Source of the DNA: Stylophora pistillata
Lineage: Eukaryota
Assembly (NCBI RefSeq): GCF_002571385.2
Contig: NW_019217897.1
Location: 80,847 to 144,846, forward strand
DNA length: 64,000 nucleotides
Reading direction: 5' to 3'
Below, piece after piece: positions 1-14,121 of the stretch. Made by a program: the position numbers and the translations under genes. How positions within the stretch are numbered: the stretch's first letter is position 1; each line of letters begins with the position of its first letter. Below the pieces are notes generated by a model. It did not search any database. It was not told the DNA's origin and was given only the letters and a program-made list of their open reading frames with translations.

Positions 1-1232
1 GCAAACAATTCCCTCTTCGTATTGAACCTAAAAATCGAAAGACTTTCAGTAAAAAAATATGTTGTTGTACTACGACCGATGCCGTTGCTAAGGGCATCAA
101 TAACTACAAAGTTTTTGGGCGAAAATAACGTTTTAAAGGCTTCTAAAAGACTTACAGAGTCAGCTGCTTCGACAAAGGGCTCATGTATTCTTCCTCGTTT
201 TCCAAAGTTTCCAATATGGCATCAAAATCGTCGCCGAAGAAAAATAAGTCGTTCATGTCCTCCATATTGTTTTGGTTCTGTGCAGGGTCATTGGTCACGT
301 GACGTTCGAGCGAAGCTCAGGGGACACACAATAGGCCGGCCCTTTGAAGTTTGCCGCGTTTCCTAACCAGTCCCCTCTACTAACTATGAGCCAACTTGTT
401 CTCTTGGTGTCATTCAGTTGTCAATCGTGAAATACGATCGTCCAGGTGAGAGTAGTCCTGAAAAGGTTTTTTCTCGAAACTGAGTGACTAACCTGAACAG
501 AAGTCATCAGAGTCAGGTGAACAAGCGTCACAACTTTCTGATTTGTGAAAGTGAGTGGTTAGTTTTGCAGTAAAGTGGTTTTCAGACTCAAATTTCATTC
601 GTGAGTTGATTACTCAGTTCTGATCGGTCGGTAATGTTAGTTGCTAATGTTTGGTCCAAATATACTTTGATTTTTAAGTCGTTTGTAAGGTGCCGCGGAT
701 AGTTGGTGTCCGGTTTAAGTCGTAAGGAGTCTACTCTAAGTTGGTGATTTAGCTTTTCCAAGTCAAGTGCGATAGTGCGAGTCGATCCTGTTTAGCCATG
801 TGATTTCCTACGTAAACAAATTAAATACGAAATTCAAGTCAAATTCAATCAAACCCATCAAAATAGTTCAATCATTGAAGTATTTTGACGAGGTCGCCGT
901 GGTATTTTGTTCGAGGGCCACTTTCGTACCGCCTTTGTGCGACATCAACAAGGATTCAACTGTGGTACTAATTGTAAAACAGACCAACAAAAAATGAGTC
1001 AGCAGAGTTCGAAATTGATAATTCAAGTGTTCGCATTCCGGTGCCAGGATTATGACCAGTTTCTGTTTCTGTCTTTACTTCGATGTGACTAGAATACTTG
1101 AGAGACGTTATACCAAATTATAGCTGTTTAAGCAACAACGATTTCGATAAACATATACAGCCAAAAACTGACGATAAAAGTTCGACGTTTCGGCGACATC
1201 TTGGCGCCATTGTCAAGGAACACTAAATTAAA

Positions 1233-1439
1233 CAATTTGGATATATCAACAAAGTTGAAATGGTAAATTGGCCACCGTAACGATTACAAAAGCTGACGTT
1301 CCGAGCGTTAGCCCTTCGTCGGAGCGAATAGAGGAATTGTGGGTTGTGTGTACTTTTAAACTTTGTTGATATATCCAAATTATTTCGTTACTCCCACCGA
1401 CACAGCCCCAAACAGTTTCTTTCGAAACTATCAGCCTTT
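1233..1439. mobile_element. Penelope-like insertion (family A), partially inverted
   Basis: TSD ACTAAATTAAA 1222-1232 and 1440-1450; shares sequence with 17850-18115 and 49469-49592. Confidence 0.8.
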
Positions 1440-1611
1440 ACTAAATTAAATATGCGATCTCAAGAGTAACCAAGAATCCAGAGTCACTAATTTGCACGGG
1501 TCAGGCTGTTTGTTCAAAAAAATCAAATGATCACACGCGGTCAGTGTATAACAACCCGTACCACGACACACGATTCCAAAAATGGTGGCTACTTGAGAAC
1601 AATTCACTTAC

Positions 1612-1824
1612 CATGAATTTAGTTTTATCAATTCCAAGACAACTTGGTTGTAACGAAGACTTCACACAATGCTTAGACATATAAAGGACACCATTTTTGC
1701 TAGTATTACTAAATGATTTTAAAGTTCTTATCTTTGCTGTATCCGCTAAAAATTCGGTGATTCCGTCGTCATCTCTAGAGCAGCATCTTCGTTCTTCCAT
1801 TTCGTTCTGACAACATTTTTCCTC
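1612..1824 (-). CDS. Exon of an unidentified neighbouring gene (EEKCCQNEMEERRCCSRDDDGITEFLADT...KTKFM)
   Basis: TTCTACCTTCAG acceptor, ATG|GTAAGT donor, 213 nt open; upstream exon-like segment 2293-2487 has stops in all frames (possible 5' UTR); no recognisable homology. Confidence 0.45.
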
Positions 1825-3094
1825 CTGAAGGTAGAAAATATGGATGAGATCTGGGAATGCTTAGTTTAAATGAGGACAAAAACTAAAAATAATATTTTCA
1901 TAATTGTTTTGCGCTATGACACGATCGTTGAAAAAATGAAAGCATCGAAACTTTGTCGATTGCTATTTACAACGAAGCAAAGGCCACTGAGTAGAAGAGC
2001 CATCAGACCTCCGCGTGGCAGCATTCGAATACAAAATGAAGTCCTCAAAACATTTATCAAGCAAAATATTTCTATGGGAATGTTTCACTATATATTTTAA
2101 TATCGTATGTTTTGCCCTTTTCGAAGCCAACACCCTACTTGAGGTTACTTTTGAGATGAAAAGCCGCTTAGCCCGATCATAGCTATGGCCCGATCAACTA
2201 ACTCGTGCCACGTCGTTTAGCAAAGATAATGTTAAGACTCGTTTAGATCTCTGAAAGGGCTTAAGGCGATATTTTCCAAAAGCAATGCTCACCTGCTGTC
2301 TTAGTCAGATAAGGGTGCTTTCGTTGCTCTTCTTCACAGGTCCAGTGTCCTCCTGCTTCCAGGGAATAACGGTTACATTTAGCACAACACTTGTGTTTAG
2401 CACAACGGGCCGCACGTCTTCAGTCAACGGCGGACAGAGTGGTTTGCTGCAAATTCTACAACTTCTGATGAATATGGATTAAAAACTGCAGCCAATAATG
2501 GCTGCTATTTCGAAGATTAGCGCGGATTTCTATTTGCACGCTCAGCCAGCTAATCAATAATCAAGCTTAATGAAAGGCATTGTAAATGACGGATCGACAT
2601 CTGACAAGAAGGAAAACTTCACAGCTGCTGAATTCTAGGAACCACTGCTTGACCAGTAAATTACTCTGACATTCGAAAACAGCTAATTTGAAAGACCGAT
2701 ATCATTAAAAGCAGAAGATCACTCAAATATTTTACGCCTCAAATTTTAAATTTGCGTGATAGATGACAAATTGTGCGTTGTTCTTTTACGAGGGGAGCAT
2801 AACACACAAAAAAAAGCACACATAATGACGATGTAACTTACTGGTGAACGAAACATCGTGAAGAAATTAAGGCAATGATACTCCCATGTAGAAAAAAAAA
2901 ATAAAAGTAAGCAAAATGAATTTAAAAAGCTGTCATTCTATCTCACAAGGAGAAAGCAACACAGGCACTAGTTGAGTTACTTTTTATTAACTAAGAAACC
3001 AACAGCCCGGCGCATCGAGCTGTATAGTAATCCTAAAAGTTAAGAATTATTAGTGGTAAGAAATGAAGGAAATAAAGAAAAAAGGATGTAGAGA

Positions 3095-3292
3095 AAGATG
3101 TTCATTCGTCTTGCCTCGAGCGTGGGACATAGAATAAAAACCTTGACTTCCAATTAGGAATCGAACGTCAAACTCTCGGAATTGGTGCTCCGATGCTCTA
3201 TCATTGAGCCACAGAAACTCCACCATGAGCTACACTATTACAAGGTCCATGTGGCACGCGTCCAGCATACAGCTGCGATAAGCAATATCGAT
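3095..3292 (-). mobile_element. Degenerate tRNA-derived SINE
   Basis: Minus strand TGGCTCAATGATAGAGCATCGG and GTTCGATTCC box-like motifs. Confidence 0.55.
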
Positions 3293-5526
3293 CGAAAGTG
3301 TGAACATAGTCGAACAGAGACAAGGTGAATAAATAGAATTTATCTTAAATTCTACTTGAAAAGTTGTTCGAAGTTGTTAGTCAGCCCAAGGATGAGCAAT
3401 GTGCTGCTCTAACACATGGCCAGTGCAAGAAAAATCTGTTCACCCAGTTGCCTTGATAGGGACGGCGAATTGTAGCACATAGCCTGTGAAACAGGCGCCA
3501 TTTTGGTGTGTGTGTTTTTCAGGCCGCCAGAGGACAACGCGAGGCGAGGACGAGGAGGAGGAGTGCTAAAAAATAGTATCTATACCGGAAACACGAGACG
3601 TTGTAGAGCGTTTTCCTTAGTTCTTACTTCACTGCGATGGCCGGAGATCGCTATGATGTGCCGCGACGGAGCAGAGTAAGATCGCAATCTTTCTGACACT
3701 ATGACTCGTATAAAAGTTTGACAGATACGCCAGTTTGGATATGTTTTTTATCATTTCTGTTGGTCTGTTTGATTTTTTCTTTAACACAAAACAATATTAT
3801 TATATTGGCGTTAGCTGTGTTTGGGTTTTTTCACCGTACGTAAGCTTATTACTCTCTTACTGCGTGAAAACCTTCAGAAACTCGGACTCTTCATTTCATT
3901 GTAAAGCCAAAGAGAAGTTTTAAAGATCCAGTAAAACCCCCTTAATTCAAGTTATTTCTCAAAAGAGTCATTACTTTCAGAACACTCAGGAGTATAAGTT
4001 GAACTCTGAAAAGTAATGGCTTCTCGTAAGGTACTTATTTTCATGAAATGGTATTTCAATGACTGCTAACATGAACAAGATGAGGTACTTTTTTAAAAAC
4101 TAGTACTCAGTATTTTCTTAGCAAAAAATAGCCGCCATCTTTGATTTTAATGACAGGGGAAGGCTGGGGATAGAAAGAAATTTGTACCGAGGGGGTGAGT
4201 GACGGTCAAAATCAGAAGAGGGGCCGGGGTGGGGTGAGAATATTGCTGTTATTTTCGCCCCTTACTGTCCCCCTCCTCCCACCGTCGACCCTATCTCCAA
4301 ATCAAACATGGCAGATTAAATAAACGATCGCGCGCTTCTTAACGTTAACACGCCCTAAACAGACGCCTGCAGTGCAGGCTAAACAAAAACACATTTCAAG
4401 TCAGACAATTCTTAGTTTGAAAGGAGGCGAAGGACACCTCTTAATCGTATAATCAAGAGACCATAGGGTAGCTTCAAGCAGCCTTTGAATGAACCAGTCA
4501 CCTCTGCTAACAATAACTAGAGTAGACTTTTCACAGCGATGTAATGTTTAATTTTGCACTCAGCAGTGCCTTAAAATTTACCAATTTAGCGTCGTAGATC
4601 ATCTCATAACTTCCACTTATACAAAAATATTTAATACACTACAAAAGCTATCAAATGTAACAAAAATAACACGACTGTTAACCAAAAACAAAACTTAAAA
4701 ATATTTTCTTACTTTGCAATATATAGTACATTTATATACAAATAACGTGGAGTATTAAATATCTCTCTATCCGGATAAATACTTTGATCAAATATAGCGA
4801 ACTCATTGAAGCCATGTCAGAATTCGCTTCAGGGTGCACGAGGCCAAAAATGGCGTTCAGTGATCTGGGGACAAGCATGACTGCTCAGTTCGAAAAGGTA
4901 TCGGCTAAAAGTTGCTTCAAAATCTACCGTACAGGCCTTCCCCAAAACAACCTCTATTTTCGTTAGTGTAAAATCTCAAAAACCATTTTGAATTGTAGTC
5001 TTTTTCGAAAACTTTTTACTGGAGAAACTAGGAAGTAATCGCGAAATCGATGTCTTCAGATTCATTCAGATTATACTTGTCTTTCCCTTCCCATGCACCC
5101 TTTAGCTCCCATGGCGATCAAGACAGAATTTCTCCTTACAAGATCAATACCATGTCAAGTAGACAAGTGATGAGAATAAAGAAAAATATCAGTTAGAGGA
5201 TTATTAATTGATTGAAAATCAAATCCTCCAAACTGGCATTATAAGAATTGTAAGGTGATGCTAAGGAGAGTTACGAATGAGATCTTGGGAGCGAAAGTGT
5301 TGATGGCTTCTGAATTCATTTACAAAGGTTTGTTTGTTTGATTTTTCTAAGAGTTTACACGTACGATTTGCCGATGCAGAGAAATCCAACTGTCTTTTTC
5401 AAAGGGCATGGATATACATATGTAAAGTATGTTAATGATGGAGGCACATGACGATGGCGAATCTGGCAGCAGTTACTTCGTATGGGGAAAAGTGATAATG
5501 AGATTAAGATGGAGTAAACTGTCGAC

Positions 5527-5567
5527 TTAATACCGTCTGCTTCTTGGTTGAGAACTAGTTGTGGCAC
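5527..5567 (-). CDS. AKAP9: AKAP9/PCNT-like terminal coding exon 41 (GATTSSQPRSRRY*)
   Basis: Polypyrimidine tract plus CAG acceptor, phase 1, TAA stop at 5529-5527. Confidence 0.75.
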
Positions 5568-8500
5568 CTGGAGAAACAGATATAGAAAATACTTATAAGA
5601 ATAACAACTATTGTTATCATTCTAAATTATCTATAGTCATTACGTTACTAACTTAATATACATGTATTGACGCCAGGGTTGAACGATACTGAAATGAGTA
5701 ACGAGTGTGCAATGGCTCTGAAACAAATACCGCATGTCCCCCAAAAACATGAAATGGCGGGAAAACATTCCCACATTCGTGAATTTATAGACTTTACCCT
5801 TGTAATAGCAAAGGAACGAGAGCTAACAAGAAACGAGGGTTATTAGAGCAGATGTCCTAAATTAAATATCTAGTGGTAAAGTTTCATTTATCCCAGCTGT
5901 GAAATAACGATTCCCCATTCCGATTCCCGCACGTTTTCCTTCCTTTCAGACCGAAACTTCAAAATACTTCAAAATACTTCAAACGCGTCGTTGAATATGT
6001 CTTACCTCTGTCAATGGCCCCAAGTCTGTTCTGTAAGGACTCCAATCTATGAATGTACAAATTCAGAGAGTGATCACCACTATCACTGTCGTTATGAGCC
6101 GATCCCAACGAGGACGCTCCGGACGGCGAAAGCGGACGATCATGATGATTGTGGAAGTCGAGTAAGCCCGATCTTTCTCCGCGACGAGGCGAAGAATGCC
6201 GAGGTGAGGTCTCGAAACGATCTCGATGACTGTAATCTCTTTGTGCTGTTATAGTGTCCCTAACGGGTGGCGATTTTAATGTTCGGATGTGATCAGTCGT
6301 GGTCGGTTCTCGAGCGAGCGGCGCCGACGTCGAGCGGGTATCCGACCAGGATGTTGGGGAAAACGTTCTAGTTGATCTGCTTGGTGACGTGACATGACTT
6401 CTATGCTGCAAGTGGCCGTCTATACCAGATGTAACTCCTCGACTGAATCTATCACCCGATGACGTACTCGTGGGTGGCATGGTATGATTTCTAAAGTCTA
6501 CATCCCCATTCATTCCTGTGTGATGTCTGTCACGAGTTCTCCGGTCACTTCGCGGCGAATATCTGTCAGCATACGAAGAAACACCATTGGGCTGATACGA
6601 ATGCACTATTGGCGCAACATGGGTGCCATTAGCATTAACGGGCCTTTCCTTGGTCGACCGAGGTGCGTAAGTCTGACTGGGGGCCTGGTAAACAGTGTGA
6701 TCATAACCGTTTACGTCTCCGTGAACCATACGTGATCTACTCGTGTTCTCACGTGTACTGCGCGATCCCGTGATGGTAACGCGTTTTGATTTGTTCACCA
6801 AAAAGTTCATACGTTGGATAGCGAGGACAGCTCGCCCGGCAGTGCGGAATCTGCTGATTGCTGTCCGTCTGAAGGAGCGGTCAGGATCCTTGGGGTGAGC
6901 TCCCATCTGAGCGATCATGGCCAGCGTAGTTGACTCACAGTCTTCAAAGCCTCCCAGAAGCAGCAGAAGATATTTCTTTTGATACACAAGAGCTTTTCGA
7001 AAGCTTTCAGCCTTGATAAATCGTTTGTAAAGCTTTAGGAGCTGGAAAACAAGAAGGAAAATGTAAAGGACGATAGTAGCCTCACGGGCTTCGATACAAG
7101 ACAAAGATCGTTCCGAATGCTCTTTGTCATAGCACTGCTGTCAATCGCCGCAGTCACGGACATAGGAGAATGACCTCACGACGCGCAATTCACATAGTCG
7201 CATGTTATTGACAGGCAAGACGTAAAAAAGATGTCGGAAGTGCTCAGTGATTCGTAAATGAAACATAGCCCTGCTTAATCTTCTCAATAATTGTTATTTA
7301 GTCAATACCACTTAAGTGCTTTTCACGCGCGCTGATTGGCTTGTTCAGAAGTGAATATCAAGTACTATTCACCTCTGAGCAGCCGATGAGGCAATATCGC
7401 ACGTCAAGAGTCTAATTTCCATTTTTCGGTATATTGAAAGAAACAAACTAGTTTTATTGGTGTCTGTGTGGTATGTACTCAAACAATTATCTTTTTGTCG
7501 TTGAAAGTGGTGGATATTTACCTCAACTTGTAAGTTTGCACATTTTTTTCATCGAATTTCGCTATTGATGTTATTAAAAAGCTGCAAAAAAATTTTTGCG
7601 CCGGGGAACATTACGCTTCAATCTCCCATCACGTTTCTAATAGAAACAGACGCCACAGGATTACAATTTGGCCACACACTACCCACCTTAGAGCGTGGCC
7701 ACGTGATCTCGTCGCTATCTGACTCATGACTGCTGACCGGTATGCGCGGCGTACCAATGTCTTTACTGATTTCTTCTCTCAGACGAGCCAGTTCTGCTTC
7801 AGCTGACCTCAAGGCCTGTTGGGATCGAGCTCTTTCCTGAGCCCACATTTCACGCTCAGTGTTCAGCACAGACTCGGCATGCTCCTTTGTAAGGCGTGAG
7901 GTCTGGAAATGACATGGAGTAAAACAATCATTTTTAAGGGTCACATGGTGGACAAGGGTTCTATAAAAGGCAACACTCGGATACTTCTGTACATTACCTG
8001 TTCATTTGCTCTATCCCGCTGTCTATACTGCGCAATTTGTTCTTCTAAATTAGCCAAAGCGTTTCTCAATTCCTTCTTTTCTTCGTTTAATTTGGAAACA
8101 AATTCTGCCAGTTCTGTGTTTTGACGTACGATCCTCTCTTGTGCAGCGGCTTTAATGGGCGACAATGGTACTGTCTGGTCGTCCTGAAAATCATTTAAGG
8201 TAAGTAAGGTTCACGTAAAACTTGTTGGAAAATTAATCAGGCTATATCCAGTCCTGTATAACATTTGTCGTGAACCCCATTAGGATAGCTGGGCTTGCTC
8301 CCTATTTGAAAATGCTGGAATCATCGCTCTCAATGAAAATCACCTTTCAGGCCTCTTACTCGAAAGATCTAAATAACAATTCTGTTCCAAACTATTTGCT
8401 ATAAAACAAAAAAACATCTCTATTTGATAATAAACTTTACTTCTCATCGACCCTCTGCATAAACTGAAATGCATCAAACGTTTTTAGGAGAAATTCATTC

Positions 8501-11500
8501 TTGGTTGAATAGAAAGAAACCTTGAAATACTGGTGCGCCAGCAATGTAAAAACTGCAAATGGTCACCCTTAACCAACCAATGAGATGAATGTTTAAGGAT
8601 GGAGAGATGAATACGATTTCAAATGACGACATTCAAAGAAATTCGGCTTTTTTTCAACTTGCAAGGCACCTTACAGAGACCATGCATGATATATCGCCTG
8701 TAAGGGATGGGGGGAGGGGGGGGGGAGATCATTACTAAAGAGTCTTAGGAGGATGAGGTAACTTTCAATGTGACAACCACAATCCTCCATACCCCCCACC
8801 ACCACCCCCAGGGGATAAATTAGGACCGAATATGGCATGACTATATGCTTTACAAACAGAAAATGTTTGAAGACATGCTACTTACGTCTATATGCACAGT
8901 GAGCGTTGATCTTATTTGCTCAAGTTCTTTCAGAAGATTGGCAAGTGATCTTTTAACTTCTTCCACCTCCTTGTTACCCCTAGAAAAGAATCGAAATCTG
9001 AATATACAAGATACCACAGGAACATAGAAGTATCCTGCAAATTGCTGTGATTGGAATAAGACCAAGAGTTCAGACCGAATCTGTCGGTCTACAGCCACGG
9101 CAAAATTTTAAATGTAAATTTTACTTGTACATTTCTAGGGACTTTCGGGCACGAACTGGGCTTCAGGCGAAGATCTACCGACGATTTAACGGAGATCTAC
9201 CGACGACGGTCGACATATCCTAAGCACTCTCCGGAAATCCATTATTTAATTACTGGAGTTCTTTACTAAACAAGGATCCTGGACGATCTTCGATAATCAA
9301 ATTTGATCAGAAGGTCATTGAAGTCTAAAGTAATCGTTACATCAAGAAAAGCAAAACGCTGCAAAGCGGAAATAGTTGGCACATGAAAGCTCCTTGTTCC
9401 TTTAACGACTGAGTTATTCGGAAAAATAAGCCAGTCATAGCGTTACCTGGTTGAAGCAGAGTCTACGGAATTTTGATGTTTGTTGATCAGCACCTGGTGT
9501 TGTTGTCTCATGGACTCCAGTTGTTGTTGATGAAGCTGGAGCCTCATGCGTAACGGGTACAGTGACGCCTCCTGGGAAGAGAACAGTTGTGTTACAATCA
9601 CGTGACACCGTTGAGTAACCAGAACAAATTTCTTGTTCTCCAAAGTGCCAGAACAAAACGCAGTGATCGTTAAGTCAATTCTATTATCGATATTAAAGGA
9701 AATAAAATATCCATGTTAATAGCAGGGTTCACAGAGGTTTATCAACCTCCTCAGCGAATTTCTTAAAGCTGACTATTCGAATTTGAAACTTCTACTTCTC
9801 AACGAAAATATTCAAAGAATTACTTTCTCTGTGGAAGTGCCTTTTGATGACTATATTTGAAATAAAACTGCGAAATCTAGATTCGTTACAACGATACAAA
9901 TAATAAGACTACAATATGCCACTTCTCCATTCCCACCCTCCCCTTGGTTGAAATATTCTTCTTAATGGTCCCCAGAATTTTTTTCAGCTGTGATAATTTT
10001 GTAAGTGGTTTCTTTAAGCCAACAGACCTTTTCTGACTGTTTTAATGCCTGGCTATCCAGATCTTGTTGTAACTCGCCCAGTTTCTTATCTCTTTCTGTC
10101 AAATCTCTGTTAAGATCTGCGTTCTTTTCTCTCTCGTTCTCCAGTTTCTGTTCAAGTTGAGCTCGCTTTTTCTTTTCGTTTTCCAGCTCGGTCTGTAGAT
10201 GGCGTTCCCTTTCCTTGTGACTCATGGCAGTAGCTTGTTGAACGTCTCTCTCATTCTGCAGCCTTCTCGCCCGGATTCGTTCTTCCTCCATAGTGCTCGT
10301 CAGTTCAACCAATTGTTTCTGTGAATAGAGAAAAAGAGTGAAAGATGGGTTTTTTCGTCTCATAACGAGGGAGAGACAAAGAAAGATGAGGAATCACCCC
10401 TTTACAACTTAAGGTCTTTGGAATGCTAGGCAAAGAAAGATCTGAGTCCACTGATACGACTGGAGGCAGTTCATTAACCGTTTACACCGTAACATCAGAA
10501 TGCATATTCTCCAAACCTTTTTCTACACATTTTATGTCGTATTGACAAGGAGAATTTGCTTAACAGTCAAGATCTCAGAGAGCGGGTGATCATTTCCCTT
10601 ATTCTCATGACCTAATGTATGATTCAGGGGTGATATTGTAAGGAGAAATTAGATGCTCGTCACTGGTAAGCGTCAAAGGGTTAAGGGGTCGTTTTTTATA
10701 CAAACTGGGCATCATGGGACTCGTTTGCTAACTAGGTTATGTACCAAGCTCACGTGTCACGAGCAAAGTTCTGCACCATGTTAGGAGCAGTGATGTCCGA
10801 GGCACTCTGTGTGGAGATAAATCTCAAGCTCTGTTTCTGAGAACGTCAAGACGAAATACCATCATTGTGGCAAAACCCACCAACTTTAAATAACAACAAT
10901 ACTGATTTTAAGTTCCCTTCACCCGGAGAGCGGAGACAAATAACCAAGCTTGTGTCACAAAGTCTCTAGGCATGGGAGTATTACCCCTCAGTTTCCTTCG
11001 AATTCCTTAACTTAATTCCTTAAACTTGACTCTTAACCATCCCATGTTCATGTCCAAGCTACAGGGAAATTCATGTGGCTTTTATGATGACAGAAAAAGA
11101 CATTTCAGTACCTGCACAACATCTAGAGCTCCCTTTAATTGGTGAGCGACTATTTTCTCTGTCTTAGCAGATTCGTCGTTCTTGTCTTTTTCGTTTTCCA
11201 GAGACTCCTCAAGGAACGCGCTACGATTTTTCTCATCTTCAAGAGAAGTACTCAGTTCAACAGATCTCTCTCGGGAAGCATTTAACGCTGCTTGCAGTTC
11301 TAAACAAAATAAGACATTACGATATCAATAACTGAAATAAGAAGGCACGCGCATGAGCGATTTTGCTCCCAAAGTCCTCACAAGTTCAACTGTTCAAACA
11401 GGGGTCATCTGTGCCGTCTTATTTTCCAATGAATTATAAATATCTTGGTTAAAGTATAGGAGAAGAAAAGGAAGAAGAATGTCTCGATGAATCACCAAAC

Positions 11501-14081
11501 TCTGAGACAGAGTCTTCATGAAAAGCCAGGAGATCGCATCAATACGAAGGTTGTAATTTAAAACTAGTTCAATTTTGAAGCTAGATCTGTTTCTTTTACA
11601 GACAATGACCGTTAAACTGGCTCATTTTCCTTAATGTTTTACCTTTATTTGTGCTTCGCAGCTGATCTGCGCGCTCCTTTGAGTGTCTAAGCGCCTCTGT
11701 CTGACGTTTCTCGTTCGTCAAGGCCAACTGCACGTGTTCTGCTCGAGCTTGCTCATCTTTCAAAGCTGCAGTCAACTGATCGATAGTCTCACGATTTCTC
11801 TCTGTTGAAAAAAGGTTAAGATATTGATTGAGTTAATTCGTGAAAGGAATGTCATTACCACAACAATAACAGGTATCCTAACAGAAAAATAGGACGAACC
11901 TATTGCATGAAAAGTCTTGACACCGTAGGATATTGAATTGGTTTGGTTCGATAAGCAAAGCTTCGCCGTATACTACACTGCTTAAGAAAAACAGAAGCAC
12001 GCACGCACCCACGCAAATGCATACACGCACACCCACGTCCACACACACTTGGGAAAAAACTTTACTTTTCGTTAAGGTGGCTCGTACTAGTTTCCTCGCG
12101 CGAGGAACAGATAACTCTTGCGTCACGCGCGAGAAAACGTGCGAAAGAAGCGCGAGATTAAAAGACGAAAATTTAAAACAAAGATGGCGGCGCGANNNNN
12201 NNNNNNNNNNNNNNNNNNNNNNNNNNNNNNNNNNNNNNNNNNNNNNNNNNNNNNNNNNNNNNNNNNNNNNNNNNNNNNNNNNNNNNNNNNNNNNNNNNNN
12301 NNNNNNNNNNNNNNNNNNNNNNNNNNNNNNNNNNNNNNNNNNNNNNNNNNNNNNNNNNNNNNNNNNNNNNNNNNNNNNNNNNNNNNNNNNNNNNNNNNNN
12401 NNNNNNNNNNNNNNNNNNNNNNNNNNNNNNNNNNNNNNNNNNNNNNNNNNNNNNNNNNNNNNNNNNNNNNNNNNNNNNNNNNNNNNNNNNNNNNNNNNNN
12501 NNNNNNNNNNNNNNNNNNNNNNNNNNNNNNNNNNNNNNNNNNNNNNNNNNNNNNNNNNNNNNNNNNNNNNNNNNNNNNNNNNNNNNNNNNNNNNNNNNNN
12601 NNNNNNNNNNNNNNNNNNNNNNNNNNNNNNNNNNNNNNNNNNNNNNNNNNNNNNNNNNNNNNNNNNNNNNNNNNNNNNNNNNNNNNNNNNNNNNNNNNNN
12701 NNNNNNNNNNNNNNNNNNNNNNNNNNNNNNNNNNNNNNNNNNNNNNNNNNNNNNNNNNNNNNNNNNNNNNNNNNNNNNNNNNNNNNNNNNNNNNNNNNNN
12801 NNNNNNNNNNNNNNNNNNNNNNNNNNNNNNNNNNNNNNNNNNNNNNNNNNNNNNNNNNNNNNNNNNNNNNNNNNNNNNNNNNNNNNNNNNNNNNNNNNNN
12901 NNNNNNNNNNNNNNNNNNNNNNNNNNNNNNNNNNNNNNNNNNNNNNNNNNNNNNNNNNNNNNNNNNNNNNNNNNNNNNNNNNNNNNNNNNNNNNNNNNNN
13001 NNNNNNNNNNNNNNNNNNNNNNNNNNNNNNNNNNNNNNNNNNNNNNNNNNNNNNNNNNNNNNNNNNNNNNNNNNNNNNNNNNNNNNNNNNNNNNNNNNNN
13101 NNNNNNNNNNNNNNNNNNNNNNNNNNNNNNNNNNNNNNNNNNNNNNNNNNNNNNNNNNNNNNNNNNNNNNNNNNAAATTGCTAAACTCACGAAAGCTATT
13201 GCATGAAAACAAGTCCGGTGACCCCTTCTTTTTATTGTTCCAATATGATAATAACGTCGAAAGGAATCATCAGAAAAAAGAACTCTAAAATTCTAGGGAA
13301 GGAAATTTGCGATGTCTGAAAATTGCCTTTTTTCTAGATTATCTGAATTTCCGCTCCGTAGAATTTTTTAAAAATCTTTGTGCATTTTTCTTTTCAAGTG
13401 CCAAAGGCAATCACTGAAAAAAATGATGGGGTCACCGGGTTAGTTTTCGAATTATTTACGCCACAAGCTAAAAAATGCGTCTCAATAAGCCTATGAAAGC
13501 GTTGCCATGGAAACTGCTGGTAACGAAATGACACCTATTTTTGGATAACCAATTATTATATAATTCAACCCCGTAAAAGTGTTCAACTGGCCTTGGTCAG
13601 TCTTTCTGTTGTATTCTTTCAAAGTTAGAAACCATCAAAAAGATGAAAACCGGTACGAGCCATCTTAATAAAGGCCAGACCCCAACACTGGGGGGTACGT
13701 TACCTACTCTTTGCAAGAAGTGCGTGGGTTCTCTGACGTCTCTTGCTAACCAATGCGGAGAAGATGCGGGAGACGGGGCTTACGGTCATGTCGTCCTAGT
13801 CCGAGAAGACTAGAATTTCTAACCATAGATCGATGTCATAGCAGTGACCTTACATGGCGAAAAAAGGCGGGAGACAAGGTGGCCGAGTGGTAGTCGCACA
13901 GAGGTCTGAGCTCGAACTTTGTGTTTTATTCTTGGCCAAAACGCTCCACGCTCACAGCGGGCTCTCTGTATAAATGACTAACGGTAAATTGTCAAAGAAA
14001 CGGGTAGGGGCTGGGTAAACTTTGGAAACAGGAATATAAAAAACACGGTGGAAACACTTTCTAAACAAACCACAACAGTAC

Positions 14082-14121
<40 letters not shown>

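Noticed and set aside
5959-6005. ORF-track stop at 5959 as the gene end
   Set aside because: A strong G|GTAAGA donor at 6005 and a phase-matched terminal exon at 5567 make the spliced ending more likely.
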